Assembly: GCA_002718195.1 (NCBI GenBank)
Contig: PBDU01000011.1
Location: forward strand, 91,927-155,926
Length of the DNA: 64,000 bases
Direction: 5' to 3'
From: Methanobacteriota archaeon
GTDB taxonomy: Archaea; Thermoplasmatota; Poseidoniia; Poseidoniales; Poseidoniaceae
Below, piece after piece: positions 1-9,953 of the stretch. Below the pieces are notes generated by a model that was given only the letters and a program-made list of their open reading frames with translations, searched no databases and was not told where the DNA came from. Positions within the stretch are counted from its first letter, which is position 1. Each line of letters begins with the position of its first letter. Made by a program: the position numbers and the translations under genes.

Positions 1-308
1 TTGTTATCTATCCTTCATTCTATGAGGGGCAAGGATTGATTCCATTGGAATCTTTAGCCAGCGGGACTCCTGTGGTTACCGTCAATCAACCACCTCTAAC
101 GGAGATGATTGACGAAACGGTTGGAGATTTGTTTGAGAGAGGCAATGAAAAGTCTCTGGCTGAAGCGGTTTTGCGTGCTCTAAGCGATCGAAAATCAATG
201 ACTGCAAAGGCAGAAAAAGGAAGACAGAGGGTCTTATCAAAATATACCTATGAGCACAATGCTCAGGATTATCAGGCAGTCTTCAAATCAGTGTTAAAAT
301 CTCAATAA
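1..308 (+). CDS. Glycosyltransferase family 1 (GT-B), C-terminal fragment; the 5' end lies outside the window
   Basis: The frame is open from position 3 and reads VIYPSFYEGQGLIPLESLASGTPVV, the canonical GT1 C-terminal E-x7-E region. The ORF ends at 308. Confidence 0.75.
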   Translation, partial: VIYPSFYEGQGLIPLESLASGTPVVTVNQPPLTEMIDETVGDLFERGNEKSLAEAVLRALSDRKSMTAKAEKGRQRVLSKYTYEHNAQDYQAVFKSVLKSQ

Positions 309-373
309 GCAAATTTGTCGGATTCACTTCAGATTCTTGAAAAGGTTATTTTGCTGTTCGTACAGGGAAGGCT

Positions 374-1255
374 GTGGAAGTGTCACTGTCAAGTCTACCC
401 AATTTAATTTGGGTTTTCCTTGTCCCAATTTTTCTTTACATAGGCGTAAGAGTTGTGATGTTCTTCATGGTCTGGAGGAAAAAAACTGCATCTCTCACGA
501 AGCCTTGGAATGATTATTGTTTACACCAATCTAGTGTTGTCATCGATGAAGATACTGGAGATATCACCTTCTCTCATGTCCGTGATTTCACCTGGCATAA
601 GGACAAAGAAAAGGAATCGAAGTGGCTTGAAAATATAACCGTAAATGTCAATGAAATCAAGGATGTTTGGTTCATAGTCGATCATTTCTTTTGGATGAAA
701 GGCGTTGCGCATTTGATGCTATCATTCGAATTTAATGATGGAAGGTGTTTTTCATTCTCATTCGAGGCTCGCAGAACAATAGACGATTCTTATCACCCTT
801 GGCACGGAATGTGGAGGGCATACGAGATGTACCTGGTCATGGGAACGGAGAAAGACCTAGTTGGAATTAGGGCTTTCAAAAGGGGCAACCAAGTACACAG
901 GTATAGGACGGTTACCTCAAAAAGAAGAGAGAAATCATTCCTTCTCTCATTTGCTCGTGAAATGCAGAGTTTGCATGAAGAACCAGTCTTTTATCACTCT
1001 TTAACAAATTCTTGCTCAACCATTCTTCGAAAACTTATCAATGAGGTTTCTCCAATAAAAATCCCGATGATTTGGCGGGTAATTTTGCCCGGGCATTCTG
1101 CAAGATTGGGGTACCGTTTGGGATTATTAGAGCGCTGGGGCGATTATGAGGAAACTAGGGATAGGGCACGAATTGACCTTCACCTTCAGAAGTGGGATGG
1201 AAAAGAAGATTTCTCTAAGTATTTGACTGAAAAACTGCCAAAAAAGGCTAGATGA
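374..1255 (+). CDS. Hypothetical membrane-anchored protein, possibly DUF4105-like. GTG start; alternative ATG at 458
   Basis: N-terminal hydrophobic helix LIWVFLVPIFLYIGVRVVMFFMV. A conserved-looking NSCST motif is reminiscent of the N-C-T motif of DUF4105. No enzymatic motif recognised. Confidence 0.45.
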   Translation: MEVSLSSLPNLIWVFLVPIFLYIGVRVVMFFMVWRKKTASLTKPWNDYCLHQSSVVIDEDTGDITFSHVRDFTWHKDKEKESKWLENITVNVNEIKDVWFIVDHFFWMKGVAHLMLSFEFNDGRCFSFSFEARRTIDDSYHPWHGMWRAYEMYLVMGTEKDLVGIRAFKRGNQVHRYRTVTSKRREKSFLLSFAREMQSLHEEPVFYHSLTNSCSTILRKLINEVSPIKIPMIWRVILPGHSARLGYRLGLLERWGDYEETRDRARIDLHLQKWDGKEDFSKYLTEKLPKKAR

Positions 1256-1891
1256 TTATCGCTCTATCATTACAAGAAGTTCACCAGAAACTTTGCTGAC
1301 TTCGATTGTCTCTGCTTGAGCTAGGTTGTGTATTCCTCTTGTACCGATTTCCAAAGTATCGTGGTTGAGAGTGAATTTACATCCAGCCAGGCTGACTCCT
1401 TTACAGGGGGTTATCGCGTGCAATGACACGATTTTGCCTAATTTAGTTTGGAGTTGAATAGTATCGTTGGGCACCCTCTTCAGTACAAAATCTTCGTAGT
1501 GTAAGGATGCATAGGAATCGGATTCAATCAAGCATGACCATACGCCAAATTGGTGGTCCAATCTTCCACCTTCTATTCCAATAACATCAATCGATGTAAA
1601 TCCTTCATCTCGAAGGTAGGAAAGGGCTTTTGAAAGGTCGCTTTTGTCTTGATTTTGCATTTGGATTACATTAGTAAATTCAGAATTTAATCCCTCAGAT
1701 AAATCAGAATCTATGCTATCAAAATCTCCACACAAAAGATCTGGGATAATTTCCAACTTATTACAGTGATTTAGTCCACCATCGCATGCGACTATAAAAT
1801 CGCAATTTTGCAACAAATTATTGACAACCTCCGAAGAGGGAATTTCACCATTTGCTATTACCAAAACGCGATCGGAAATATTTGCCATCAT
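1256..1891 (-). CDS. Thiamine pyrophosphokinase (thiamine diphosphokinase)
   Basis: Motifs VACDGG, GDFDSID and GGRLDH are typical of the TPK catalytic domain. Size 211 aa. Confidence 0.7.
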   Translation of the reverse strand: MMANISDRVLVIANGEIPSSEVVNNLLQNCDFIVACDGGLNHCNKLEIIPDLLCGDFDSIDSDLSEGLNSEFTNVIQMQNQDKSDLSKALSYLRDEGFTSIDVIGIEGGRLDHQFGVWSCLIESDSYASLHYEDFVLKRVPNDTIQLQTKLGKIVSLHAITPCKGVSLAGCKFTLNHDTLEIGTRGIHNLAQAETIEVSKVSGELLVMIER

Positions 1892-1991
1892 AGATTCGAA
1901 AAATCAGTTAAAAATGAATGTTGCTCAAACCCAATTAGTTCAATTTAAAATTAGACGATTACGGACAAGCATTTTGAATGTTAGTTGATGT
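1892..1991 (+). promoter_or_regulatory. AT-rich putative promoter region upstream of the giant surface-protein gene
   Basis: A 100-bp AT-rich intergenic region with TATA-like tttaaaatt. It is also divergent to the thiamine pyrophosphokinase gene. No experimental support. Confidence 0.25.
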
Positions 1992-4900
1992 GTGAACCTT
2001 ATGCGCGCCCGGCACATCAGCAATAGCCGTGGTGCGTGCGGGATTTTAACAGTGCTTCTCCTGATCCAAGTTTTGGTTCCAACAATAATTGATTTTGAAA
2101 CTGAAAACGAACTCAGTGATTCGATTTCTTCCAATAAAGTCGTTACATTCAGCGATGGTAATTCCCATGAATTTGCTGGTGATAATTTGGATTATGCGGG
2201 ATTAATCCAAGCAACAGTTCGTGATGAGGGTAGTTTGGATTATTGGATAGAAAGTAATCTTTACTTAAATCAAAATAACACCGAAATTGGAAATCCAGAC
2301 ATCGCTCTGAACACCGACGAATCAGTTAGCATGTGTTGGTCTGAATCCGACGGGGACATCATGTACGCACACGTAACAAACGATGGTAATATCTCTTCAT
2401 GGTTGATCGATACGGTCACCTTCCAAAACGAATTAGTTGATTGTGCTTTGATGCTTACCGAGCACGGAAAGCCCAGAGTTGTGTACGCAGATGGACCACA
2501 TTTGAAATCTGCAAGGTATGTGGTCCAAGATTCAATTTACACTTCAGATGGCTGGAATATCAGAACCATGAGAGAGTACATTAACGCAACTCATATTGAA
2601 ATGGTAAGTGTTGATGACAGAGAGTGGTCTGTTGTTAGAGACGTTGATGGAAAACTCTGGAGAGTTAATTTCACAGGAATTCTTTGGCAAGACGGTATAC
2701 TGGATATTGGTCCTGTCGGAGAGGATTTTGAGTTAAGGTCTGACTCCAACTCGGTAGTTCACATTGTTTACTTCAGAGAGGACCTCAAAGAAGTGCGTTC
2801 AATCAAAGTCGAAGGTCAAGCAGTTACAAACTCAGTCCTTTCCAGGGGCGAAACGCTTTCCAACGTAATAGGAATGAGTTTAGATGGGGATAATGTCGAG
2901 CAGGTAGCAACTGTGAATCAACTGAATGGTTCTTTCAATATCGAGTTGCTCCGTTCTCTAGAAGGTCAAGATACTGGCAGAATCTCTCCTTCAACAATCG
3001 ATACTTATCTTGCCGGAAATGACATTGAAGAAACTAAATTCTTGGCTGCTGACTTCGATGGGGACGGTTTCACTGAAGTAGTAGCAGCAAATCCAACGGC
3101 TGATACATCCAACAATACTTCAGCAGGTATAGTCTTCATCACAAAAACAAATTCGAGTGGGCTTACTGCAGATGTAATTGCTCTAGAGGGTTCATCCGAT
3201 AACGCTCATTACGGCAAAGGATTAGCTGTCGGGGACTTCAACGCTGACGGCTTTGATGACTTAGCGATTGGTTCTCCCGGCGAATCAATAGTGGAGATAT
3301 ATTTTGGAAGCCAAAGTGGTCTTTCCAATGTTTCAGATCAAATCCTAAGGGGCAATTCCACCGATGAATTTGGTTCTGATTTAGAACGTCTTTCCGACGC
3401 TGACGGAGATGGTGATGATGAACTTGCAGTTCTTTCAAGCAATGTTACTATCATTCTGCCCGGTGATGACCACACGGGTCAAGTCTCAGTGTATTACGGA
3501 GGTCAATCCCTTACATTTGGCAGAAACATTACCCAAACAGGAATCGGACCATTTTTTGGTAGAAGTATTGCTGGTGGTGGTGACCTAAACGGAGATGGCT
3601 TCGGCGATTTAGTCATCACTAACACAGGTACACAATCAGATTCCTTCGGATATTCTTCAATCGAGATTTTCTATTCAAGCGGCACCGGTTTCAATGGAAC
3701 GCCCGATTATACAATTCAATCTAATGCTCAAGGAAGACTGCTTGGTGGACAAGCAGAAATCATTGGCGACATAAACTCAGATGGGTATGATGATTTATTC
3801 GTTTCAGAGTTGTATAACCAAACAACACCAGGCGCATACAACTCTGGAACAGTTTGGATGATCGAGGGAGGAGAGACTTTACCAGCTTCTTATCTAATGA
3901 GTTCTGGGTCTACAGCAAATGAGAGGTATGGTACAAACTTCATGCCTGCTGGAGACGTCAATGAAGACGGCTATGATGATTTGTTGATAATGGCATTAGA
4001 AGCAGACAGTTCAGGTAGAGTTGACTTGATTCTAGGAAGTCCTGATGGATTAAGAGCCGATACTCAAACAATCATTAGCGGAGCAAATCCGCAACAGATG
4101 CTCGGATTGGCGATAGCACCTGGGTTTGACATAGATGGTGATGGGCTGACCGAAATTGCACTTTCAAAACGGGATACAACGCAGGGTGGTTCATTCGCTT
4201 TGACCTATCAATTCCACGAAAAGAGGAATTGGGATTCGATTGAATTCACTGAACCTGGAGAACTTTTGCAACTCGAAGTAGGAATCGCATCTAGAGGAGA
4301 AACTAGCCTGCTCTACACAAGCGAAGTGGATAACACAACCATTTTGACTCATTATGAACATATTGAGGACACTACTCCAACTGGGAAATGGGTTTCATAT
4401 CATCCATACGAATTCCAAACCAATGGAAATATATCCTACGCAGTTACTTCCGCAGGAAAGCCATTAATTCTTACAACATCCAACGAGGATGGAATTAACC
4501 TTGTCACAGCTAGCGGCTATGTGGCTTTGGAACAGGAACTAGTTTCGTCTGGGTCTTTTGGGGATTTTGTAGGTTCAACAATCGATGATAACGGGAATCA
4601 GTATATCGCAATAGCATCTAGCTCTGCCCAACAAATTTACATGTTCACGAGAGGAGTATCGGCTTGGAATAGCGAACTAGTAATCTCTCAAACAACCCTC
4701 TCTGAAAATCCAAGCGTTATGGTAGCAGATAACGGCACGATATACATCACTTATAGGGATTCAAATACAAATCAATTGAAAGTACTTCACAAATCAAGTT
4801 CAGCATGGGCAATAGATGACTTGGGTGGCAGCGGTCATGCTGTATCTGATTCTAGCCCGTCGTTGATTTTAGAAAATGGTTCGATATCAACCGCTTTAAT

Positions 4901-7900
4901 TGAATCAGATGGCATAAATTCAACACTTTCAGTTTGGAATTTTGACCACAACCAGCTTTATTCCTCAGTGATAACAGATATGACTGACTTACAAAGCGAC
5001 ATCGACATAGCAGTAGATGACAATGGCACCACGTTTGTTTCAAGCCTTGATTCACTTGGTAATCTAAATGTGTATCATAAGAATTTAACAGCCACAAATT
5101 GGACGCAGACAATATTGCCAAAAGCAAATGGTTCAATTGGAAGTTTCCAAGCAGATTTAGCAGTTCACAATGATGTTGTAATCGCAGTAAAGGGCTCAAG
5201 CAACGAATATCCTCTGCACACATTTGACGAAACTTGGACTTCTCACAAAGCCTCGACTCCTACAACAAACGGATTATTCAATGTCGTAAAAGATGAGAAT
5301 AGCATAATCTTGTTCACCTCATCAAGTTCTGATAATTTAGTCTGGAATACCTTTGACCTAAGATTGAACACTTGGAGAAGCATAGAATTTGGAGATCTAA
5401 GGGCAGCGATTGATGTTCATCCAGAGATTTTCAATCAATCAATCTACACTACATTATTCGATCCAACTGACATGGATGTCGACTTGCTAAGGTTCTATCA
5501 CGATGCAGATAGAGACCTTGTCTTTGATGAAATCGATGATTTACCGTTCTTAGGAAATCAATGGCAGGATTCTGACGGAGATGGGGCTGGAGACAATCCC
5601 AACGGACCCTATGCAGATCTTTGCCCTGCCTCTTCCGGTCCATCTACATTCTATGGAATTGGCTGCCCTGATTCAGATAACGACGGATTCCCAGACACCC
5701 TTGATGATTGTCCAACTGCCAACGACCTGTCTTATTTTGATAGGCTAGGATGTAGAGACATCGACCAAGATGGATGGTCCAAGAATTTAGGTGCATGGAA
5801 TTCTGGTGACGAATTTGACCTTAACTGGAAACAAGTGCTAGACTCTGATGATGATGGCTATGGTGATAACTCTGGACCGGATTGTTGTGCTACAAGCCAC
5901 TCATCTCAAGACGATGCGGTTCCTGATTTATTCCCATATAACCCAAGCCAGTACAAAGATACAGATGGTGATGGCTTTGGAGATAACAAGAGCGGTTTAG
6001 ATGGAGATCAATGCCCCTGGGATTACGGTGTTTCCTTCAGGGATAGAAACGGCTGCATCGACAGCGACGGCGATGGTGCAAGTGACCCTGAGCCTGACGC
6101 TCTCTTCCCATACTTAGCCGAAGATGGCGCAGATATGTGGCCAAATGACCCAACTCAATGGGCTGATACCGACGGAGATGGATACGGAGATAATTCCAGC
6201 GACGAAGCAACCAACCCTGATAAATTCCCAACAAATATTGCAGCAGCAGTTGATGATGATAATGATGGCTATCCAGATGCTTGGACCAGTAATTATACTG
6301 GAAATAATTCCAAAGGTCTAGAATTAGACGGTTGCCCAGCTGTATACGGTGAATCGACATTCAACTCCGTTTCATTCTATGTAAACGAATTAGAAATGAC
6401 AATTTCAAAGGTTTCCAATCCTGGGTGTCCCGATGCCGATGGAGATGGTTGGTCAAACGCTGCAGATGATATGCCATTCGAGCCAACTCAATTTTGGGAT
6501 TATGATGGAGATGGATTCGGTGATAATTCTGCTGGAGTTAATCCGGATGCTTGCCCATATGTTGCAGGTATTTTGAACGGCACGAAATTGAATGGAGATC
6601 CCGGAATGGGATGCCCGGCTGCTGATGATGAAGACGGAGATGGAATATACGATTCTGTTGACTTGTGCTTGGGTACGCCCATAGGTTCGAGTGTAGACCT
6701 GAATGGATGTGCGGATAGCCAACTAGATGATGATGAAGATGGGGTCACAAATGATATCGACCTGTGCCCTAATAGTTTAGCAGGAATTCAAGTTGATTCT
6801 TCGGGATGTACAGACCAGCAAAATCAAGCAGACACTGACGGTGATGGAGTACTTGACCCAGTTGACCTCTGTCCTCAAACAGCCGTTAATGCAACTGTAG
6901 ATCAGGACGGATGCTCAATCGACCAACGTGATTCAGATGGTGATGGTGTGGTCGATTCAACAGATCTCTGTCCGGATACACCTGATGGTTACCCTGTTGA
7001 TTCAACAGGTTGCCTCGACGAATCACAGTTAGATCAAGATTTGGACGGTGACGGTTATTTTGGAGAGTACGACTATCTTCTTAACGCAACAAATGGCCTC
7101 AGGGAAAACCAAACTGGAGATGCTTTCCCTGCCGATTCTAGTCAATGGAATGATACTGATGGTGACGGTTATGGTGATAATCCATACGGAACAAATTCTG
7201 ATTATTGTCCATCAGAATTCGGAAACTCAACGATTGATTACATAGGTTGTCCTGATGATGACCAAGATGGACATTGGAACTTCAAAGACGCATTCCCAGA
7301 TGAACCCACTCAATGGGAGGACGAGGATGGTGATTTCGTAGGAGATAACCAGGATGGAGCCAATCCAGACCTTTGTCCAGACACAGATGAATCATTTGCC
7401 TCCCAAGTTGACGAGAATGGCTGCGCAGCAAACCAAAGAGATACTGACGGCGACCTAATCGATGATTATAGAGATCCTTGTCCTTTTGAGGCTGAAGAAG
7501 ATGGTGGAACCTTTGGATGTCCAGCTGATAGTCAAGAAAATGGTGAATTTGAATTATTCGGATTGAATATGATGACCCTAATTGCAGCAGGTGGTGCTGT
7601 TTTATTAGCCCTAATACTTATGCTAATCGTCATTCGTAGAATGTTTTCCCGAGGATTTGACTTAGATGATGACGATGATGACGAAGATTACTATGACGAT
7701 GATGATGAAGATGATTTCATGTCATCATTTTACGCCTCATCGAAGCCTATGCCTTCTCGCAACGCAACCTCACAAGATTCTTCGCAACCTGCGAGAAATG
7801 CACCAAGGTCTCCTTCTGGACCACCTGGAAGAACTAGTTCTGCACCGAGTGGTCCGCCGAAATCAGGTCCTAATGCAAGAGGACCACCCGGGAATTCAAC

Positions 7901-8285
7901 GGTGAGTAGATCTGCTCAAAATCAAACGTCTTTCGTCGAGACAACGAAGCCAACAGGAGGTCCACCAGGACGAGGTGTTCCAAGTCGTGGACCACCTGGT
8001 CGAGGTCCACCCGGTGTTTCTAAAGCAATAGAAGAGCCTTCATCTAAAGTAGCGAAAAAGAAGAGCGTTAAAGTTGCAGGCAAAAAAGTAAGGAAAGCAA
8101 ATATTCAGGTAGATATGTCTGTATTTGATTCAGGACAAGAAGCGGATAGACAACTAGCGGTGGATTGGACAATTCAAGCGATAGGTGAAGGAGAGCAAGA
8201 GCGGGTTATCTTAATGCAATTGCAACAGACAGGTTGGAATGCTGAGCAATCGAGGGCAATAATTTCGATTGCAAGAAATAACTAG
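1992..8285 (+). CDS. Giant cell-surface protein, 2097 aa: signal peptide, FG-GAP/integrin-alpha-like repeats, long array of thrombospondin type-3-like Ca-binding repeats, C-terminal TM helix and a long low-complexity cytoplasmic tail
   Basis: N-terminal hydrophobic signal (CGILTVLLLIQVLVP). FG-GAP-like repeats: DFNADGFDDLAIGSPG, GDLNGDGFGDLVI, GDINSDGYDDLFVS. More than 15 D-x-D-x-DG-x-x-D TSP3-like motifs between roughly residues 1180 and 1830, for example DSDGDGAGDNPNG, DTDGDGFGDNKSG, DTDGDGYGDNSSD. TM helix MMTLIAAGGAVLLALILMLIVI, followed by a poly-D/E run, PPGR/GPPG repeats, a K-rich stretch and a short helical C-terminal domain. Confidence 0.85.
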   Translation: MNLMRARHISNSRGACGILTVLLLIQVLVPTIIDFETENELSDSISSNKVVTFSDGNSHEFAGDNLDYAGLIQATVRDEGSLDYWIESNLYLNQNNTEIGNPDIALNTDESVSMCWSESDGDIMYAHVTNDGNISSWLIDTVTFQNELVDCALMLTEHGKPRVVYADGPHLKSARYVVQDSIYTSDGWNIRTMREYINATHIEMVSVDDREWSVVRDVDGKLWRVNFTGILWQDGILDIGPVGEDFELRSDSNSVVHIVYFREDLKEVRSIKVEGQAVTNSVLSRGETLSNVIGMSLDGDNVEQVATVNQLNGSFNIELLRSLEGQDTGRISPSTIDTYLAGNDIEETKFLAADFDGDGFTEVVAANPTADTSNNTSAGIVFITKTNSSGLTADVIALEGSSDNAHYGKGLAVGDFNADGFDDLAIGSPGESIVEIYFGSQSGLSNVSDQILRGNSTDEFGSDLERLSDADGDGDDELAVLSSNVTIILPGDDHTGQVSVYYGGQSLTFGRNITQTGIGPFFGRSIAGGGDLNGDGFGDLVITNTGTQSDSFGYSSIEIFYSSGTGFNGTPDYTIQSNAQGRLLGGQAEIIGDINSDGYDDLFVSELYNQTTPGAYNSGTVWMIEGGETLPASYLMSSGSTANERYGTNFMPAGDVNEDGYDDLLIMALEADSSGRVDLILGSPDGLRADTQTIISGANPQQMLGLAIAPGFDIDGDGLTEIALSKRDTTQGGSFALTYQFHEKRNWDSIEFTEPGELLQLEVGIASRGETSLLYTSEVDNTTILTHYEHIEDTTPTGKWVSYHPYEFQTNGNISYAVTSAGKPLILTTSNEDGINLVTASGYVALEQELVSSGSFGDFVGSTIDDNGNQYIAIASSSAQQIYMFTRGVSAWNSELVISQTTLSENPSVMVADNGTIYITYRDSNTNQLKVLHKSSSAWAIDDLGGSGHAVSDSSPSLILENGSISTALIESDGINSTLSVWNFDHNQLYSSVITDMTDLQSDIDIAVDDNGTTFVSSLDSLGNLNVYHKNLTATNWTQTILPKANGSIGSFQADLAVHNDVVIAVKGSSNEYPLHTFDETWTSHKASTPTTNGLFNVVKDENSIILFTSSSSDNLVWNTFDLRLNTWRSIEFGDLRAAIDVHPEIFNQSIYTTLFDPTDMDVDLLRFYHDADRDLVFDEIDDLPFLGNQWQDSDGDGAGDNPNGPYADLCPASSGPSTFYGIGCPDSDNDGFPDTLDDCPTANDLSYFDRLGCRDIDQDGWSKNLGAWNSGDEFDLNWKQVLDSDDDGYGDNSGPDCCATSHSSQDDAVPDLFPYNPSQYKDTDGDGFGDNKSGLDGDQCPWDYGVSFRDRNGCIDSDGDGASDPEPDALFPYLAEDGADMWPNDPTQWADTDGDGYGDNSSDEATNPDKFPTNIAAAVDDDNDGYPDAWTSNYTGNNSKGLELDGCPAVYGESTFNSVSFYVNELEMTISKVSNPGCPDADGDGWSNAADDMPFEPTQFWDYDGDGFGDNSAGVNPDACPYVAGILNGTKLNGDPGMGCPAADDEDGDGIYDSVDLCLGTPIGSSVDLNGCADSQLDDDEDGVTNDIDLCPNSLAGIQVDSSGCTDQQNQADTDGDGVLDPVDLCPQTAVNATVDQDGCSIDQRDSDGDGVVDSTDLCPDTPDGYPVDSTGCLDESQLDQDLDGDGYFGEYDYLLNATNGLRENQTGDAFPADSSQWNDTDGDGYGDNPYGTNSDYCPSEFGNSTIDYIGCPDDDQDGHWNFKDAFPDEPTQWEDEDGDFVGDNQDGANPDLCPDTDESFASQVDENGCAANQRDTDGDLIDDYRDPCPFEAEEDGGTFGCPADSQENGEFELFGLNMMTLIAAGGAVLLALILMLIVIRRMFSRGFDLDDDDDDEDYYDDDDEDDFMSSFYASSKPMPSRNATSQDSSQPARNAPRSPSGPPGRTSSAPSGPPKSGPNARGPPGNSTVSRSAQNQTSFVETTKPTGGPPGRGVPSRGPPGRGPPGVSKAIEEPSSKVAKKKSVKVAGKKVRKANIQVDMSVFDSGQEADRQLAVDWTIQAIGEGEQERVILMQLQQTGWNAEQSRAIISIARNN

Positions 8286-8321
8286 GGATGTATTTGGAGG
8301 CACTATCCTCAAGAAGGGCAC

Positions 8322-9953
8322 TTGATACCGGCAGACAGGCGTGATAGGATGGCAGGAGAAGTTACCGGAGCATCTATCCCCGATGGAATAGATGTAGATG
8401 ATGCTGCAGCATATTTTGGTGTAACAGAATCTTCTGACATAGTCCATTCCATGATGTCAATGGATAGACCGGAAGCATTCGAAAAATTCTTCTCATTGCT
8501 CGGAGATGTAGTCCTGAAGCCCGGAGAATTTGATTTCGAACTTGCAAGTCAATCCTTGAATTGTGAGGGTGGTGAAATCTACTATCTAGTAGCCGGTCAC
8601 CTCGGAATTATGTCGATGGCAGATAACCTGTGTGATTATCTTGGTCTTCCCAATTCAATGGGTGATACAAAATCCGGTAATTCGAATCTTTCAAAGGATG
8701 AAATTGAGTCATTATCATCACTATGCGATCCCATGAAACTGCTTAAATTATTTGCAATTGCTAATTCCACAGGAGATTCTAAAGAAGTTAGCAAGTATCT
8801 AGAGCAATTGGAAATATTATTTTCCAATCCAGAGTCAAGCCTTGAGTCTCTCTCTGCGGTAGCATCAGAATTGAATGGTAATCTCGCGTCATCAGGAAAT
8901 CTTACCCCAATTTCTACCCTTGCAAGTGGTACTGCAAAACCATCAGTGGTCAGCGTTCCGAAACCAGCAAAGAAATCCGAACAAGAAAAAGTCACAAAAA
9001 CTGAGGTTAAACCAAAGAAGGTAGAGCCTGAGGAAAAGATAGAATCGGTTCCATTACCTGGTAAAGAAGTAGTAGTTGAGCCGAGTGTTGAAGAGGAAAT
9101 TCAACCTGTAAAAATAGAATCAGTACCTTTGCCTTCAGGAGTTAGTCCAATGCCTGAAGTAAAAAGAGCAGAACCTACACCCGATGAAAGAGAGATGGAA
9201 AAGGCCACCTTCGATGCATTTGCGAGTGCATTTACTGGCAGTCCTGCCTCTGAAGGTGCAGAAGTTACAGAACAGGAACCTACGGTTGTAACAAGTACTG
9301 AAGAATCTATTCAAGTCGAGTCTGACGAAGATGAGGTCGCTGAAGAACCAACTGTGGAAGATTTCCCAGACGATTTTGTTAGTATTGCAGAAAAATTTGA
9401 GGCAGCCGATGCTGATGGCGATGGAACCCTTGATGTGGAAGAAATTGCAACAGCTATGGAAATTTCAGTTGAGCAGGCAAAGGATATACATGATTCAGCT
9501 GACTTGGATGGAGATGGCTCGGTAAGTCTAGGAGAAGTAATTGCAAGTCAAGCTACAGAGAATAAAATCAATCTTCCAAAGCCAGTTAGAGCGGCACCTG
9601 TAAGGGCTCCAATCGGTTCAAAATCTCCTCCGAACCAGACACAGAATCAAACAGTCCACGGTGGCATGAGTTTGCCTAATCAAGGGCAAAATCCCCCACA
9701 ACAACAGATTAATCAAAACCAAATGAATCAAAATAACCTGAATCAAGCCTTCCAAAATCAAAACCAGCAATTCAATCAACAATTCAAAAATCAGCAATTT
9801 AACCAAGGCTTTTCTTCAAATCAAAATTTCAATCAAAACATGAATCAAGGCTTCCAACCAACAATAATGTCAGGAATGTACTGTCGTGGATGTGGAATCG
9901 GAGTTGACCCACAATGGCGATTCTGTCCAATATGTGGTACTAGAAATCAATGA
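8322..9953 (+). CDS. Low-complexity acidic protein with an EF-hand pair, a Q/N-rich prion-like region and a C-terminal zinc ribbon
   Basis: Canonical 12-residue EF-hand loops DADGDGTLDVEE and DLDGDGSVSLGE. Long N/Q repeat region NQNQMNQNNLNQAFQNQNQQFNQQFKNQQFNQGF. C-terminal CRGCG...CPICG zinc-ribbon. Lies 36 bp downstream of giant protein 1. Confidence 0.7.
   Translation: MIPADRRDRMAGEVTGASIPDGIDVDDAAAYFGVTESSDIVHSMMSMDRPEAFEKFFSLLGDVVLKPGEFDFELASQSLNCEGGEIYYLVAGHLGIMSMADNLCDYLGLPNSMGDTKSGNSNLSKDEIESLSSLCDPMKLLKLFAIANSTGDSKEVSKYLEQLEILFSNPESSLESLSAVASELNGNLASSGNLTPISTLASGTAKPSVVSVPKPAKKSEQEKVTKTEVKPKKVEPEEKIESVPLPGKEVVVEPSVEEEIQPVKIESVPLPSGVSPMPEVKRAEPTPDEREMEKATFDAFASAFTGSPASEGAEVTEQEPTVVTSTEESIQVESDEDEVAEEPTVEDFPDDFVSIAEKFEAADADGDGTLDVEEIATAMEISVEQAKDIHDSADLDGDGSVSLGEVIASQATENKINLPKPVRAAPVRAPIGSKSPPNQTQNQTVHGGMSLPNQGQNPPQQQINQNQMNQNNLNQAFQNQNQQFNQQFKNQQFNQGFSSNQNFNQNMNQGFQPTIMSGMYCRGCGIGVDPQWRFCPICGTRNQ

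Noticed and set aside
5500-7500. Periodic ~35-45-bp recurrence of gatggtgatgg-type sequence that could superficially resemble a repeat-spacer array
   Set aside because: The periodicity is in frame and encodes the D-x-D-x-DG-x-x-D calcium-binding TSP3 repeats of the giant surface protein. The repeat units are imperfect and variable in spacing, and there is no leader or cas gene.
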